Shown piece after piece: positions 49,619 through 59,418 of a stretch of 64,000 nucleotides of DNA. Position 1 is the first letter of the stretch, and each line of letters starts with the position of its first letter. The DNA is from Dehalococcoidia bacterium. GTDB taxonomy: Bacteria > Chloroflexota > Dehalococcoidia > UBA2979. The notes beneath the pieces are model-generated. The model had not been told where the DNA came from. It did not search any database and worked only from the letters and a program-made list of their open reading frames with translations. The stretch spans positions 2,944,001-3,008,000 of the forward strand of contig OZ253555.1 in the NCBI GenBank assembly GCA_965262725.1, written 5' to 3'. A program made the position numbers and the translations under genes.

Positions 49619-50902
49619 TCAGTGCTTCCCGGGGACGCCGGGGATCCCGGACGGTGGCCGCGAGGGATGGGCGGAGCCCTCGGTCACGTGCGGACGGGCG
49701 GCCTCCGCGCGAAACGCGCCCGGCCACACGTAGGCCAGGGCGAGCCCGGCGAGGGTGACCAGAGCCGAGAGGTAGAAGACGGCTCCGATGCCCCACCACT
49801 CGGCGACGGCACCGGAGAGGGCCGGCCCCGCGAACATGCCGACCGAGTAGGTCGCCTGGTAGACCCCCATCGCCGTCGCCATCTCGGTCCGCGGCGCGGC
49901 GCGCAGGGCGAGGCTCATGAGCAGGGTTGTCAGGATCCCACGCCCGACTCCGGCGGGGATCTGGAGCACCGCGATGAGCTCCCAGGAGGCGGTCGCCGGC
50001 AGCGCCGCGAGCGCGGCCGCGCTCGCGACCGACGCCGCGAGCAGGGTGCCGCGCACGCCGATGCGATCAACGAGGACGGGCGTGAGTAGCACGCCGGGGA
50101 GGGCCGCACCCACCGCCGCCGTCGCCACCCAGCCGACCTCGACCGTCCTCGCGCCGCGCTCCTCGGCCAGCAGCGGAAGGAAGCCGAAGGTCGTGGCGAA
50201 CGTGACGAAGATGAGCGAGATGGCGGCGAGCGAGACGACCCAGAGATCCGTTCGCCTGACCACGCGCGCAAAGGTCGCCGCCGAGTAGCGCGCGCGGGCG
50301 ACAGGCGGTTCGGGCGCGGCCGCCAGCAGCGCCATGCCGACGGCCGCCACGCAGGCCGCCGTCAGGAAGCTCGTGCGCACGTCCCAGAGATCGGCGATCG
50401 TCGCGCCGATCGGGGTCGCAATCAGGATGCCGACCGTGTTCGCCCCCATCATCGCCGAGGTGGCGCGCGTCGCGCGCTCCGGCGGGTAGTAGGCCGCGTA
50501 GAGCACGCTGATCACCACCCAGCCGGCTGCCGCGAGCCCCGTCAACGAGCGCGCCCAGAAGAGAGCCCACGGGTCGGACGCGACCGCGAGCCAGAGCGCC
50601 GCCACGCCCGAGAGCGCGAGGCTCGCCAGCGCGAGCGGCCGCCGGCGTCCGATCAGGTCCGCGGAGACGCCGATCGGGATGCGGAGCAGAAGCTGCGCGA
50701 TGGCGTAGGAGGCGACGATCGCGCCGACCATCGAGAGTGAGGCCCCGAGATCCGCAGCGTGCAGCGGGAGCACCGGCACGTAGAGGTAGAGGGATATCCA
50801 GAAGCAGGCGATCGCCGCCGTCGCGAGCGGCAGCGCCCGCGCCGGCGGCGCGGCGGGCGCAGAGGGATCGAGGGCGGAGGAGGGGCCGGCCGCGGCGCTC
50901 AT
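49619..50902 (-). CDS. MFS transporter
   Basis: About 12 TM segments, GVSADLIGRR motif. Confidence 0.88.
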   Translation of the reverse strand: MSAAAGPSSALDPSAPAAPPARALPLATAAIACFWISLYLYVPVLPLHAADLGASLSMVGAIVASYAIAQLLLRIPIGVSADLIGRRRPLALASLALSGVAALWLAVASDPWALFWARSLTGLAAAGWVVISVLYAAYYPPERATRATSAMMGANTVGILIATPIGATIADLWDVRTSFLTAACVAAVGMALLAAAPEPPVARARYSAATFARVVRRTDLWVVSLAAISLIFVTFATTFGFLPLLAEERGARTVEVGWVATAAVGAALPGVLLTPVLVDRIGVRGTLLAASVASAAALAALPATASWELIAVLQIPAGVGRGILTTLLMSLALRAAPRTEMATAMGVYQATYSVGMFAGPALSGAVAEWWGIGAVFYLSALVTLAGLALAYVWPGAFRAEAARPHVTEGSAHPSRPPSGIPGVPGKH

Positions 50903-51022
50903 GCGGAAAGCCTACGCGACGCGCCCGTCTCGGACGCTCGCGGATCCGTATGATCGCGCCATGCTGGCCCTCCACACCCGATACCCCGCCCCGCGCCGCG
51001 CCGGCGCGGGGCGGCCACAGCG

Positions 51023-51769
51023 ATGAGCGCACAGCCCCGGGCGAGAGCCACCCCCTCGCTCGCGGACTTCGACGCGACCGCCGCGCTCGACGCGCGCGCC
51101 TACCGCCGGCGCCTCCGCACCGCGCGGCTCGAGCTGCTCGAGCTGCAGAACCGCATGCGAGACGAGCCGTCCTGCGCCCTGGTCGTGGTCTTCGAGGGGA
51201 TCGACGCCGCGGGGAAGGGCGGGGCGATCCGCCGGCTCACCGGCCGCCTCGACCCCCGCGGGCTGCGCGTCTACCCGGTAGGCGCGCCGGGCGGCGAGGA
51301 GGCCCGGCGGCACTACCTCTGGCGCTTCCACGTCCGGATGCCGCCGCCCGGTCGCATCACCATCTTCGACCGCTCCTGGTACGGGCGCGTGCTCGTGGAG
51401 CGGGTGGAGGGGTTCGCCACGCGCGCGGAGTGGGAGCGCGCCTACGACGAGATCTTCGCCTTCGAGCACTCGCACGCGGCTGCCGGCATCGCGATCATCA
51501 AGTTCTGGCTGCAGGTCACGCCGGAGGAGCAGCTGCGCCGCTTCGAGCAGCGAGCCGCCGACCCCTTCAAGAGCTACAAGCTCACCGAGGAGGACTGGCG
51601 CAACCGCGCGCGCTGGGACGACTACCAGGCGGCCGCCGAGGAGATGCTGCGTCGCACGCACTCCGAAGAGGCGCCGTGGCTGCTCGTCTCGGCCAACGAC
51701 AAGTACCACGCCCGCGTGCAGGTGGCGGAGGCCGCCGCCGCCAGGCTGCGCCGACAGCTCGACGGCTAG
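51023..51769 (+). CDS. ppk2: Polyphosphate kinase 2 family protein
   Basis: FEGIDAAGKGG, FDRSWYGRVLVERV, KFWL, DWRNR. Confidence 0.92.
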   Translation: MSAQPRARATPSLADFDATAALDARAYRRRLRTARLELLELQNRMRDEPSCALVVVFEGIDAAGKGGAIRRLTGRLDPRGLRVYPVGAPGGEEARRHYLWRFHVRMPPPGRITIFDRSWYGRVLVERVEGFATRAEWERAYDEIFAFEHSHAAAGIAIIKFWLQVTPEEQLRRFEQRAADPFKSYKLTEEDWRNRARWDDYQAAAEEMLRRTHSEEAPWLLVSANDKYHARVQVAEAAAARLRRQLDG

Positions 51770-52074
51770 GGACGACGGAAGCCGAGCGCCCTCTCCAGGT
51801 TGGTGAGGTAGTCGGAGAATGCGCGGCGCCCGGCCTCGGTCGCTTCAACCCACGTGCGCGGCCTCCGGTCTCGGAACTCCTTGGTGATGACGAGAAAGCC
51901 CGCATCCTCGAGCCGGCGCAGGTGGGTGGTCAGGTTCCCGCCGGTGAGATCGAGCGCGTCCTGGATGAAGCCGTAGGCGAGCCGGTCGCCCTCGGTCTGC
52001 GAGACCAGGAGGGTCATGATCCGGAGCCGGGTCGACTGGTGGATGGTCTCGTCGAGGACGATGGCCCGGTCGAT
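51766..52074 (-). CDS. Winged-helix transcriptional regulator (HTH_34-like); putative AUC start
   Basis: LDETIHQSTRLRIM, LTGGNLTTHLRRLEDAG, RPRTW..T.AGR.AF. Confidence 0.85.
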   Translation of the reverse strand: MDRAIVLDETIHQSTRLRIMTLLVSQTEGDRLAYGFIQDALDLTGGNLTTHLRRLEDAGFLVITKEFRDRRPRTWVEATEAGRRAFSDYLTNLERALGFRRP

Positions 52075-52706
52075 TACACAGATCCCCTCGAGTGAATCCA
52101 CGCGGCGCCGAGCGCGGCGACGGCGAGCGTCGCCAGGGACGAGACCGCGAGCGCGAGGTCGCCCGCGAGGTAGCTCGGGAGGTAGAACGCCGCGGCGATG
52201 CCCGCGCCCACCACCGCAATCACCGGCCGTGTGACGATGCCGAAGAGAACGTACCCGAGCGCCACGATGCCGATCGAGACGCGGGGGATCGCGGCGGCTT
52301 CGTCGGCCGCCCCCAACCCCCCCGCCGCCGGGATGAGAAAGGCCGCCAAGACGACCGCGAGCCAGAAGAAGAAGACGCGGATGCCGGCCGCGCGGGCGGC
52401 GACGCCCTCCGCTTTCTCGCGGCCCGCGCGATGCCCGACGAACGCGCTGCCCGCCATGCCGGCCGCGACAAGGAGGCCCCACAGCGGCGCGTGGATCCAC
52501 GGGTGTGCGGCCTCGAGATCTTCCGCCAGAGTCGCGAGGGCGTACTCAGCGAGGTACCCCAGCGAGGCGATCACCCCCCAGAGCAACAGGATCGGCGTGG
52601 TCCCGGCGACGTAGAGGGAGCTCCGGGCCCTCTCCATGGTCGCGTGGATGGCGCGCCGGCTCTGCTCGGGCGTGAGCGCTCCCGCGTCGTGGTCGGACTG
52701 GTGCAT
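52074..52706 (-). CDS. Hypothetical membrane protein cotranscribed with the wHTH regulator
   Basis: About 6 TM segments, GAGGAG RBS. Confidence 0.75.
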   Translation of the reverse strand: MHQSDHDAGALTPEQSRRAIHATMERARSSLYVAGTTPILLLWGVIASLGYLAEYALATLAEDLEAAHPWIHAPLWGLLVAAGMAGSAFVGHRAGREKAEGVAARAAGIRVFFFWLAVVLAAFLIPAAGGLGAADEAAAIPRVSIGIVALGYVLFGIVTRPVIAVVGAGIAAAFYLPSYLAGDLALAVSSLATLAVAALGAAWIHSRGSV

Positions 52707-52728
52707 GACGGCGCTCCTCGCGAGGTAT

Positions 52729-52745
52729 ACTTTGTCTTACAAACA
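52729..52745. promoter_or_regulatory. Probable operator of the wHTH regulator
   Basis: TTTGT-ctt-ACAAA palindrome in an AT-rich patch 23-39 nt upstream of 52706. Confidence 0.55.
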
Positions 52746-52801
52746 TATTTGCAGTCCTGAAGAGCGCTGTCAAGCCCGGGAGCGCGGGGAGCCGGCGCCG
52801 G

Positions 52802-55282
52802 CTAGCTCGGGGCGGTCGGGCCCGAGAGCGAGGGGATGAAGAGCGCGAGGTCGGCGGGCCTGTCCTTGACGACGCCCCGCTCGCGGAGCGAGACGATCTC
52901 CTCTTCGGTGAGGCCGTTCTCTGCGAACACCTCGTCGGAGTGCTGACCCAGGAGCGGGGCGGGGCCGTGCTCCCGGTCGGGAAGCCGCGAGAGCCGCCAC
53001 GGAAGCCCCTCCCAGCGCTCGACCCCCGTCTCCGGGTGGACGAGCTCCACCCAGTAGCCCCGCTCGTAGAGGTGCGGGTCGGAGACGATCTCCCAGTTCG
53101 CGAGCACGGGCGCCGCGGGGACGCCCGCCTCCTGCAGGAGCTCCGCGGCGCGCACGTGGTCGACGTGCTCGCTCCACTCCGTGATCGCCCGGTCGATCGC
53201 GTCGTGCGCGTCCCGGCGTGCGGCGAGATCGGGGCAGCGCGCGGCGAGCTCCGGGCGCCCGATCACCCGGGCGAGCGCGATCCACTGCTCGTCCTCCTCC
53301 ACCCCGATCGCGACCCAGCAGTCGTCGCCCGCCGTGCGGTAAGCACCCTGCGGCGCGATGCGCGGGGAGCGGTTGCCGCGAGGCTCGGCGACGCGCCCGG
53401 AGAGCCGGTAGTCCAGCAGCGACTCGACGAGGAAGGAGGCGCCGCACTCGAGCAGCGAGACGTCGACGTGCTGGCCGCGGCCGCTCCGCTCGCGCTGGGA
53501 GAGCGCCGCGAGTGTGGCGAGGGCGCCGAGCGTCCCGCCGATGGGGTCGGCGTGAAAGGACCCCGTCGCGTAGCGCTCGCCCGGGCCGTACCCGGTCTGG
53601 GCGACCAGCCCGCACGATCCCTCGATGTTGGAGCCGAGCGCCGTGTAGTTCGCCTCGGGGCCGCTCGCCCCGAAGGCTGAGATCGAGCAGAGCACGATGC
53701 GCGGGTTGCGCTCGGCGAGCTGCTCGTAGCCGATCCCGAGCGAGGACATGACGCGCGGGCTGTTGTTCTCGAGCACGACGTCGGCCCTCTCGGCGAGGCG
53801 CAGGAAGGCACCCCGCCCCTCCGGAGCCTTGAGGTCGAGCACGATCGCGCGCTTGTTGCGGTTGAGCATGTTGTAGGAGGAGCCCCGGTTGTAGAAGCCC
53901 GGCCACATCTGGTCGCCGCCCGGGAAATGCTGCGAGCGCGTCGACTGCACGATCGCGCGCTCGATGACCACGACGTCGGCGCCGAGGTCGGCGAGGTGGC
54001 GGCCGGCGAGCGGCCCGGCCCAGGCGTTGGTCACCTCGATCACGCGGAGACCCCTGAGGGGGAGGGCCGGCTCATCCGCCGCCGGCCCGGTCTCGACCGG
54101 GCGGCGCTCGGGCAACGCCAGCTGCGCGTGCTCGCCGAGGAGCGGCGCCGGCCGACTCGGACCGGAGGGGGCACCCGAGAGGCGCCACGGCGGGCCCGGC
54201 ACCTCGACCGCGCCGGCTCGCGGGTGGTCGAGGGAGCGCCACCAGCCGCGCGCGCGGAGCTGCGGGGACTCGTCGAGATCGGAGACGGTGTTGACCGGCG
54301 TCATCTTCAGGCCGAGGGCCTGCCCGACGTGGTAGAGCTCCTGCATCGGGTGGTCGGCCGCCCACTCGATGAGCATGCCGCGAACCTCGGGGAGCCACGC
54401 CAGCCATCCCTCCTGACTCTGGGCCCGCGGATCCTCCATCAGTTCGGGCCGGCCGATCATCAGGAAGACCTCGGGACCGGCGCGCCCCCAGATCACGGCG
54501 CCGTCCTGGCAGGGGATGAGGCCTGTGCCGCGGCGGCGCCACACCGCTCCCCCCCACTGCCAGGAGGAGCCGAGCCAGACCTGGTCGGAGATCATCGCCT
54601 CCTGCGCGGAAACCTCGACGCGCTGGCCGCGGCCGCTCGACTGAGCCTCGCGGAGCGCGGCGAGCGCGCCCAGGGCGAGGTGCATCCCGGCGTGCAGGTC
54701 CGCCTGGTAGCTGTGCACCATCAACGGCGCCCGCTCCGGATCGCCGCAGAAGTACATCGAGCCGCCCAGCGCGTAGTCGGCGATCTCGGAGGAGCGCCGC
54801 ACGGCGTGCGGGCCCTCCCACCCGTACGCGGTCGCCGCGGCGTAGACGAGCGCGGGGTGCCGCGCCTCGAGCGCCTCGAGATCGACGCCACGCCGCGCGA
54901 GGTCGCCGGGAGAGTGCGGACCGATCAGGAGGTCGGCGCCGCGCGTCAGGGCGGCGAGCCGCTCGCGGCCCGGCTCGGAGTCGAGGTCGAGCGCGACGCT
55001 CTCCTTGCCGGCGTTGAGCGCGAGATGTAGACCTCCCTGCTCGAGGAGCTCCGCGCCGAGGGAGGAGGGGTCGGGGTACGGATCTTCGCCGGCGAAGGGG
55101 CCTAGCTGGCGGATTCGGCTCCCCGACGGCGGTTCGGCGAGGACGACGCGCGCGCCGAGATCGGAGAGCAGCCGGCCGGCGTAGGCGCCGGCCACGCCGC
55201 CCGCGAGTTCGATCACGACGACGCCCTGAAGAGCACCCGCCGCGTGCTGCTCCGGCGCCTGCGCCATGCGCACCCCCGTCAA
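52802..55282 (-). CDS. Family III CoA-transferase (CaiB/BaiF), tandem double domain
   Basis: Two units: L.DLGA.V, N.(G/N)K....LDL, AD...G, PLLG(E/Q)H. Confidence 0.9.
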   Translation of the reverse strand: MTGVRMAQAPEQHAAGALQGVVVIELAGGVAGAYAGRLLSDLGARVVLAEPPSGSRIRQLGPFAGEDPYPDPSSLGAELLEQGGLHLALNAGKESVALDLDSEPGRERLAALTRGADLLIGPHSPGDLARRGVDLEALEARHPALVYAAATAYGWEGPHAVRRSSEIADYALGGSMYFCGDPERAPLMVHSYQADLHAGMHLALGALAALREAQSSGRGQRVEVSAQEAMISDQVWLGSSWQWGGAVWRRRGTGLIPCQDGAVIWGRAGPEVFLMIGRPELMEDPRAQSQEGWLAWLPEVRGMLIEWAADHPMQELYHVGQALGLKMTPVNTVSDLDESPQLRARGWWRSLDHPRAGAVEVPGPPWRLSGAPSGPSRPAPLLGEHAQLALPERRPVETGPAADEPALPLRGLRVIEVTNAWAGPLAGRHLADLGADVVVIERAIVQSTRSQHFPGGDQMWPGFYNRGSSYNMLNRNKRAIVLDLKAPEGRGAFLRLAERADVVLENNSPRVMSSLGIGYEQLAERNPRIVLCSISAFGASGPEANYTALGSNIEGSCGLVAQTGYGPGERYATGSFHADPIGGTLGALATLAALSQRERSGRGQHVDVSLLECGASFLVESLLDYRLSGRVAEPRGNRSPRIAPQGAYRTAGDDCWVAIGVEEDEQWIALARVIGRPELAARCPDLAARRDAHDAIDRAITEWSEHVDHVRAAELLQEAGVPAAPVLANWEIVSDPHLYERGYWVELVHPETGVERWEGLPWRLSRLPDREHGPAPLLGQHSDEVFAENGLTEEEIVSLRERGVVKDRPADLALFIPSLSGPTAPS

Positions 55283-55356
55283 CCCGCTCCCCGCCCCGCG
55301 CGGCGCGGGCCGGGGCCGATTCTACCGACCATCGTCCAGCGCCGGACGACCCGCCC

Positions 55357-56166
55357 CTACCGGAAGCCCTCGGCCGCCTTGGCGGCTGGCTCGTGTGCGG
55401 CGCGCCGGCCGGCCTCGGGGTTGTGCGAGGGCTCGAGCGCGCGGGCGCGCGCGAGTGCGGACTCGGACGGCGAGCCGGGGACGATCTCGTAGCACTCGCC
55501 GACGGCGCGGAGCAGGGCATCGGCGACCGCCTCGACGCCGGTCCCGGGGCACTCCTCCGCAACCGCGCCCGTCGCTTCGGGGCTCCACGGCACGCCCAGC
55601 GCCTCGTAGACGGGGGCGAGCGCCTCGCGCACGCGCCGGGCGTCCTGGACGACGATCACCCCGCCCACGTGCGCGGCGTGGGCGAGTAGCCGCTGCCCGA
55701 CCCCCATCAGCTTCCGTTCCCCGCGGGCGCTCACCGAATAGGGGCCCGGGCAATACTCGCCGGGTACCTCGCCGACACGGGCGTCGACGCCGAGCGAGCG
55801 GAGCGCGGTCTCCACGAACGAGGAGAGCTCCTCGAAGCGGGCGCGGATGCCGAGCCGCGGCGTCCGCTCCGGCACGGCCCAGGCGAAGGCGAGCGTCCCC
55901 TCGTGGAAGACGGCGGCGCGTCCGCCGGCGAGCCGCTCGACCGCCGCGAAGCCGAGCCGGCGCGCTGCGCGCACGGCCTCGGGGTAGCCGCTCGCGGCGG
56001 TGTCGGCGGGGCCGAAGGCGACCTCGGGACGCGCACGGTAGAGGCGGAGCGTCTCCGGCTCCTCGCCCGCCGAGGCACGCTCCAGGAGAGCGCGGGAGAG
56101 CGCCGTGTCGAGGGCCGGCGCCGCCGTGCTCGCGTAGCTCCGCCTCAGCACGCGGATCGTCCGCAG
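55357..56166 (-). CDS. Lipoate-protein ligase A/LipL family protein; start uncertain (CTG 56166 or GTG 56151)
   Basis: ERLAGGRAAVFH, GEYCPG.YS, KLMGVGQR. Confidence 0.85.
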   Translation of the reverse strand: MRTIRVLRRSYASTAAPALDTALSRALLERASAGEEPETLRLYRARPEVAFGPADTAASGYPEAVRAARRLGFAAVERLAGGRAAVFHEGTLAFAWAVPERTPRLGIRARFEELSSFVETALRSLGVDARVGEVPGEYCPGPYSVSARGERKLMGVGQRLLAHAAHVGGVIVVQDARRVREALAPVYEALGVPWSPEATGAVAEECPGTGVEAVADALLRAVGECYEIVPGSPSESALARARALEPSHNPEAGRRAAHEPAAKAAEGFR

Positions 56167-56266
56167 CGCGCTCCCCCTGCCCGGCTTACCGTCGCGCGAC
56201 GGTCCCAACCAGCGTAGCGTACGCGCTCGCCGGCCACTCGTCGGGGGCGGCGGGCGGGGAGGGCTG

Positions 56267-57334
56267 GTGGCGCTGACGCTGGGCGTGGTGGACCAGTCGC
56301 CGATACGCCAGGGCGGCACGGCGCGCGAGGCGCTCGACGAGACCATCGAGCTCGCCCGCGCCTGCGATCGCCTCGGCTACCGCCGCTACTGGCTCGCCGA
56401 GCACCACGGCGCCGGCGGGCTCGCCAGCGCGAGCCCCGAGGTTCTGATCCCGCTCGTCGCGCGAGAAACGCGGCGGATGCGAGTGGGCTCGGGCGGCGTG
56501 ATGCTGACACACTACTCGGCGCTCAAGGTCGCCGAGCAGTTCCGGCTGCTGACCGAGCTCTTCCCCGCACGCATCGATCTCGGCGTGGGACGGGCGCCGG
56601 GGAGCGACCTGCGCACGGCGCACGCGCTCTCGCCGCTCGGCCGCCACGCCTCGGTCGATCGCTACCCGGAGCAGGTCGCGGAGCTCGTCTCGCTGCTCGG
56701 GGGGGACTATCCGCCGGGCCACCCGCTCCGGGGCGTTGGCGTCACGCCTCAGCCGGCGCGCGACGCGGACGGCACGCTCGCACCCGACGCGATGCCGGAG
56801 GTCTGGCTCCTCGGCTCCTCGACCGACAGCGCCGCCATCGCCGCCGAGCAGGGGCTCGCCTTCTCCTACGCCCAGTTCATCAACCCGGTCGCCGAGCTCG
56901 GTGAGCGCGCGGCGCGCCTCTACCGCGAGCGCTTCCGCCCCTCGCTGCTGCTCGACGAGCCCCGGCTCTCGGTCGCGGTCACGGCGCTCTGCGCCGAGAG
57001 CGAGGAGCGCGCGCAGCTCCTCTCCTGGAGCCGCTTCTGCTGGCGCTTCCGCCGCTCGCGGGGCGCGGGACGCGGGGGCGTCCCCCCGGTCGAGGAGGCG
57101 CTCGCCTTCGGCTACACCCCTGCCGAGCTCGAGTACATCGAGTACGCGCGCTCGCGATCGGCCGTCGGCGATCCCGATCAGGTGCGCGAGCAGCTCGAGG
57201 CCTTCTCGCGCGAGTACGGCACCGACGAGATGCTCCTGGTCACCATCACGCACGACTTCTCCGATCGCGTCCGCTCCTACGAGCTGGTGGCGGAGGCCTG
57301 CGGCCTCGCGCCCGCATCCACGGAGCGCGGGTAG
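56267..57334 (+). CDS. LLM-class flavin-dependent oxidoreductase
   Basis: RYWLAEHH, RVGSGGVML, RIDLGVGRAPG, WLLGSS. Confidence 0.92.
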   Translation: MALTLGVVDQSPIRQGGTAREALDETIELARACDRLGYRRYWLAEHHGAGGLASASPEVLIPLVARETRRMRVGSGGVMLTHYSALKVAEQFRLLTELFPARIDLGVGRAPGSDLRTAHALSPLGRHASVDRYPEQVAELVSLLGGDYPPGHPLRGVGVTPQPARDADGTLAPDAMPEVWLLGSSTDSAAIAAEQGLAFSYAQFINPVAELGERAARLYRERFRPSLLLDEPRLSVAVTALCAESEERAQLLSWSRFCWRFRRSRGAGRGGVPPVEEALAFGYTPAELEYIEYARSRSAVGDPDQVREQLEAFSREYGTDEMLLVTITHDFSDRVRSYELVAEACGLAPASTERG

Positions 57335-57398
57335 CGCCCGACCCTTGCGGCGGGGCGGGCGGTGAGCAATCCTCCCGGGGCGCCGCGAGGGGGCCACG

Positions 57399-58634
57399 AT
57401 GGATTTCGCCGACACGCCGGAGCAGTCCGCGTTCCGCGCCGAGGTGCGCGCGCTCATCGAGCGCAAGCTACCTCCCCGCTACCGCGAGCTCGCGGAGAAC
57501 GGGCGGCCCGAGACGGCCTTTCTCTGGGAGGAGGACCGCGCGTCGAGCGATCAGGCGAAGCGCGAGGCGTCGGCGAGCTGGGCGGAGTCGGTGCGCTCGC
57601 GGGGTTGGTTCGCGCCCGCGTGGCCGGCCGAGTACGGCGGCGGCGGCCTCGGCATGATCGAGCAGTTCATCCTGAAGCAGGAGATGGCGGTGGCCGACGC
57701 GCCCGCCCCGGGCTCGAACGTCGGCATCGACATGCTGGGGCCCGTGTTGATCATTCACGGCACCGAGGAGCTCCGGCGCACCCACCTCCCGCGCATCCTC
57801 GACGCCTCCGTCGTCTGGGCTCAGGGCTACTCGGAGCCGGGCGCCGGCTCCGACCTCGCCTCCCTGCGCACGCGCGCCGTGCGCGACGGCGACGACTACG
57901 TCATCAACGGGCAGAAGATCTGGACCACCCACGCCCATCAGGCGGACTGGATCTTCGTGCTCACCCGCACCGATCCCGACCAGCCGAAGCACCGGGGCAT
58001 CTCCTTCCTCTTGATGGACATCCGGACGGCCGGCATCACGGTGCGCCCACTCGTCAACATGGGCTGGCAGCACGAGTTCAACGAGACTTTCTTCGAGGAC
58101 GTGCGCGTGCCGGCCGAGCAGCGAGTGGGCGAGGAGCACCGCGGCTGGTACGTGGCGATGACGCTCCTCGACCACGAGCGCTCCAACGTGACGGGCGCGG
58201 TGGCAGCTCAGCGGCAGATCGGCCGCCTCGTCGAGTTCACAACCGGCGCCGGCCAGGAGTGTTCGCGCCTCGGCCGCGGCGGCGAGGGCAGGGCGCTACG
58301 CCAGCAGCTCGCGCAGCTCACGATCGAGTCGGAGGTGCTCCTCACCTTCTCGCTGCGCATCATCTCGATGCAGGCACGCGGCCAGGTGCCGAACTATGAG
58401 GCCTCGGTCTCGAAGATCTTCGCGGAGGCGCTGGACAAGGCCGTCGCGCGCACCGGGACGAAGCTCTTCGGGCTCTACGCCCATCTCTGGGACCCGGACG
58501 AGCCCCGCACGCCGATGATGGCGCGCCACACGCAGAACTACTGCTTCACGGTCGCGCGCTCCATCGGCGGCGGGACCTCGGAGATCCAGCGCAACGTGAT
58601 CGCGACGCGCGGCCTCGGCCTCCCCCGCGGGTAG
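57399..58634 (+). CDS. Acyl-CoA dehydrogenase family protein
   Basis: QGYSEPGAGSDLA, NGQKIWT, FNETFFEDV, IGGGTSEIQRN. Confidence 0.93.
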   Translation: MDFADTPEQSAFRAEVRALIERKLPPRYRELAENGRPETAFLWEEDRASSDQAKREASASWAESVRSRGWFAPAWPAEYGGGGLGMIEQFILKQEMAVADAPAPGSNVGIDMLGPVLIIHGTEELRRTHLPRILDASVVWAQGYSEPGAGSDLASLRTRAVRDGDDYVINGQKIWTTHAHQADWIFVLTRTDPDQPKHRGISFLLMDIRTAGITVRPLVNMGWQHEFNETFFEDVRVPAEQRVGEEHRGWYVAMTLLDHERSNVTGAVAAQRQIGRLVEFTTGAGQECSRLGRGGEGRALRQQLAQLTIESEVLLTFSLRIISMQARGQVPNYEASVSKIFAEALDKAVARTGTKLFGLYAHLWDPDEPRTPMMARHTQNYCFTVARSIGGGTSEIQRNVIATRGLGLPRG

Positions 58635-58657
58635 CCGCCGCGCCCGCCGGAGCCGGT

Positions 58658-58753
58658 GTGACGGGAGCAGGCAGGGTGACGGGAGCAGGCAGGGTGGCGG
58701 GAGCAGGCAGGGTGGCGGGAGCAGGCAGGGTGGCGGGAGCAGGCAGGGTGGCG
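58658..58753 (+). repeat. 18-bp tandem repeat, 5.3 copies, GTG(A/G)CGGGAGCAGGCAGG
   Basis: Units at 58658, 58676, 58694, 58712, 58730, plus a partial unit at 58748. Confidence 0.95.
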
Positions 58754-59416
58754 AGGCGGATCTACCTGGTTCGCCACGGGGCGACGGAGTGGACGGCCGC
58801 GGGGCGTTTGCAGGGCCAGACCGACGTGCCGCTCTCCGAGGAGGGCCGCCGCCAGGCCCGGGAGGCCGCGCGGCACCTCTCGAGCATCGCATTCGACGCC
58901 GCCTACACCAGCGATCTTTCGCGCGCGCTCACGACGGCCGAGACGATTCTCCGGGCGCAGCCCGGGGCCGCCCCGCTCACCACCCTCGAGGGCCTGCGCG
59001 AGATCTCGGACGGGATCTACGAGGGGTGGTCGGCCCAGGCCGCGGCGGAGGCGGAGCCGCGCATGACGCCAACGCCCGACGGATCGGCGTCGGCGCTCGA
59101 CTTCGCGGCGCCCGGAGGGGAGAGCATCCGAGATGTCTTCGTGCGCCAGCAGCAGGTGGCAGCGCAGCTGATCGCCGAGGACACCGGGCTCCGCATTCTC
59201 GTCGTCGCCCACAACTGGGCGCTCAGGCTGCTGGCGGCGGCCCTCACGGGTCGGGGTCCCGAGTGGTTCGGAGAGCTCGAATCACTCCGTCCGGCGAGCG
59301 TCTCGATCGTGGAGATCCGCGGCGGGGCGGGCTCGATCACGCTCTGGAACGAGACGGGGCCGCTCCCACCTGCGCACGTCCACGGCAGTGGCGCTTCTGC
59401 CGGCACCGAGGTTTGA
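58748..59416 (+). CDS. Histidine phosphatase family protein (GpmB/CobC-like)
   Basis: IYLVRHG, QGQTDVPLS, SDLSRA..TA, LREI, GGES, LVVAH. Confidence 0.9.
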   Translation: MARRIYLVRHGATEWTAAGRLQGQTDVPLSEEGRRQAREAARHLSSIAFDAAYTSDLSRALTTAETILRAQPGAAPLTTLEGLREISDGIYEGWSAQAAAEAEPRMTPTPDGSASALDFAAPGGESIRDVFVRQQQVAAQLIAEDTGLRILVVAHNWALRLLAAALTGRGPEWFGELESLRPASVSIVEIRGGAGSITLWNETGPLPPAHVHGSGASAGTEV

Positions 59417-59418
59417 TT

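Noticed and set aside
58658-58753. CRISPR array
   Set aside because: Head-to-tail 18-bp units with no spacers and no cas genes
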